A stretch of 64,000 bases of DNA, from assembly GCA_965203295.1 (NCBI GenBank), contig CBDBCZ010000015.1:704001-768000 (forward strand), read 5' to 3'. This document shows positions 62,195-64,000 of the stretch, piece by piece (position 1 is the first letter of the stretch; every line of letters starts with the position of its first letter). The notes under the pieces are model-generated. The model was not told where the DNA came from and made no database searches. It worked only from the letters and a program-made list of their open reading frames with translations. A program made the position numbers and the translations under genes. Origin of the DNA: Nitrospirales bacterium. Lineage in GTDB: Bacteria > Nitrospirota > Nitrospiria > Nitrospirales > UBA8639.

Positions 62195-64000
62195 TCATTT
62201 TTCCTTCTTGATGGTCCTCAGTAGGATGTATGTCAGTGACAGAAAGAACAATATCATTCCAACCAGTGCAACCTGGTCATACCACAGCCATGATATGCTT
62301 GTTTCGTATCCTTTGGTCTCCAGGAAATGGGTACCATTCAAGCAGTTGGAATCACCAATGCTATCAAAGTCATAAAGCATACACATAATATGGGGGAGTG
62401 GGCCTCAAACAGCTCAGCAGTTACCATTGTATAGCCTCATCTATCTCACATTGAGTATAACGAAGTCAGCGGGAAGTCTTTTAGGTAAATGTGGTTGATA
62501 CGTTTATTACAAGTCACATGATTTGTAACAGTATTGAGTATTGTGTGTCACATGATAAAAGCCATGATAGGACTACAAGTCACGTGGTAAACAGCAGTAT
62601 ATAGCACCACTCGAGAGTAATGTGCAGATAAGCAGATGGCTTGGATTGCTATAGCTGACGATGCATAATAAAATAATTACCTCAGGACAAAAATATACCA
62701 CAAACAACACCCTTTGGCATTGTTACTAATGCTATGCACTTGCAAAAAGCACTCTGATCTCACCACACACATATAACAAAACCTAGGGAAGCAGTAAAGC
62801 AATATTTTGACAATCAATACTCCCTCTTACCCGCAACTTATATTGCCAGGCAGACTTCCACACAGGAACCGTGTTGTATTTGAAGTCTTATAGCAGTAGA
62901 GTCTTGCCATTTCATTGATGGCCAAAGCCTACATTGATAGAAAGGTATTCCAGTAGTTAGTATTAGTGGGAGCAACAACAGTTGACTGAATAGTGGAATG
63001 TTTTGGAGATACTAACCTCAATGCCATAGTGAAAGAGGCTAGCATACTTTAACCACCTCAACCACACTGGAAGTACGTGAATCGAGTGCAATCAGGAATC
63101 CACCAAATAACTATATACCAAGAAAAAAAGAAGAAATATTGTACACTACAAAATACGTACAAGTCACAAGAGATAGTCTTGGGGACACGATACAGTGATA
63201 GTTGGGGTGGAGTCAGGGTCTTCCCCAAAGGGGAGGTAGATCAACGGTTCGTGCCTAGATCTAGACTTACAACATCGATGTCTGACAGGATGCAAAGCAT
63301 GCTGAGCAAAAGTACATGTACCATTCACCATTCCTGCAGGGATTTCTAGAAACTCATATTGCTGCCACTACTAAACTCCACTCCTTCATTTGACATTAGT
63401 TTAGGGCATTCCCAGAAAGATCCTCCTCATAGTTTGTTTACACAAAAGTAGTTAACTAGAGGATACAGGCTAGTTGCAACTCGTCTAGTTGATCACTGTA
63501 TCATGGCATAACTGTTGCTATGTCCACTGCACATACAGCATGCAATAAGCGATTAGTACTTAATGTGCTTCCACCTACAGTTTCTTGTGTTCTGTTTTTC
63601 ATGGAATAATAAGGAAAGTATTTACAATAATTGTATACATGTATAGAGAAGAAAGCTTAGTTAATCAACTAAGGGTTTGATAGCATTGTTGGTTCACTTC
63701 TGTTTGATACTGAATCAATATTTGGACTACCCAGCTCCAACCTCAATACTGTGCAACAGCAAGACAAAATTACATGTATACACTGATTAGGTCGTGCTCT
63801 CCAGGTTTAACTCCAAGCTGAATGAACACTAACAAATAGGACAAACATTACTTACCATAGATAAAACAAAGACAAGGGCTATTAGAAGGTTTGCTGCAGC
63901 AGTGACCGTCAGTCTAGCACTGATTGAAAATGCAATGGAGGCTGCTGAGATGGAAGTAAGACCCAGTGACAACATGAAAATGAAGAATTTTGAGACATCC
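62195..64000 (-). CDS. ABCG2: ABCG2-like half-transporter, last four exons (transmembrane domain), carrying a 4-bp frameshift; possible pseudogene or null allele
   Basis: Exons from beyond 64000 to 63856 (KFFIFMLSLGL...ANLLIALVFVLSM), 63110-63017 (LFGGFLIALDS-LPVWLRWLKYASLFHYGIE, 94 nt), 62928-62831 (ALAINEM...) and 62360-62195 (...CLNGTHFLETKGY...WLWYDQVALVGM...LLRTIKKEK*). Confidence 0.82.

Noticed and set aside
62680..62760. Extra ABCG exon ending ...YFCPE|GTAATT
   Set aside because: Exons 62928-62831 and 62360-62195 already join in phase, and there is no convincing acceptor or frame.

Overview
Intron-rich, repeat-dense eukaryotic (animal) genomic DNA. The gene set and repeat style suggest an early-branching metazoan, probably a demosponge; this is inference only. 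I rebuilt four spliced host genes by hand, matching exon phases. (1) The 5' part of a KH-domain DDX43-like gene (minus; exons 15964-15901, 9470-9330, 929-874; continues off the left edge). (2) A complete KANK-family gene (minus, 33332-17178, about 1535 aa) with a 3.9-kb coiled-coil exon, seven small exons leading into and encoding the ankyrin region, and no visible KN motif. (3) A complete, compact Pasha/DGCR8 gene (plus, 53695-60962, 14 coding exons, about 490 aa). (4) The 3' end of an ABCG2-like transporter (minus, off the right edge) with a 4-bp frameshift. Mobile DNA includes a near-intact APE-RT LINE with a single fused ORF and a YADN active site in a KANK intron, and a CAC...GTG-ended TIR element carrying a spliced PHD-finger mini-gene with tandemly amplified exons. 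There are also decayed LINE, CRE, hAT and pogo fragments, several MITEs, a ~175-bp satellite and orphan SF3A3 exons. Top leads: a 36-bp pri-miRNA-like stem in the presumptive Pasha 3' UTR (possible Microprocessor autoregulation), a recurrent palindromic micro-insertion signature, and the PHD-cargo element. All family calls come from recognising motifs by eye; no database searches were run.
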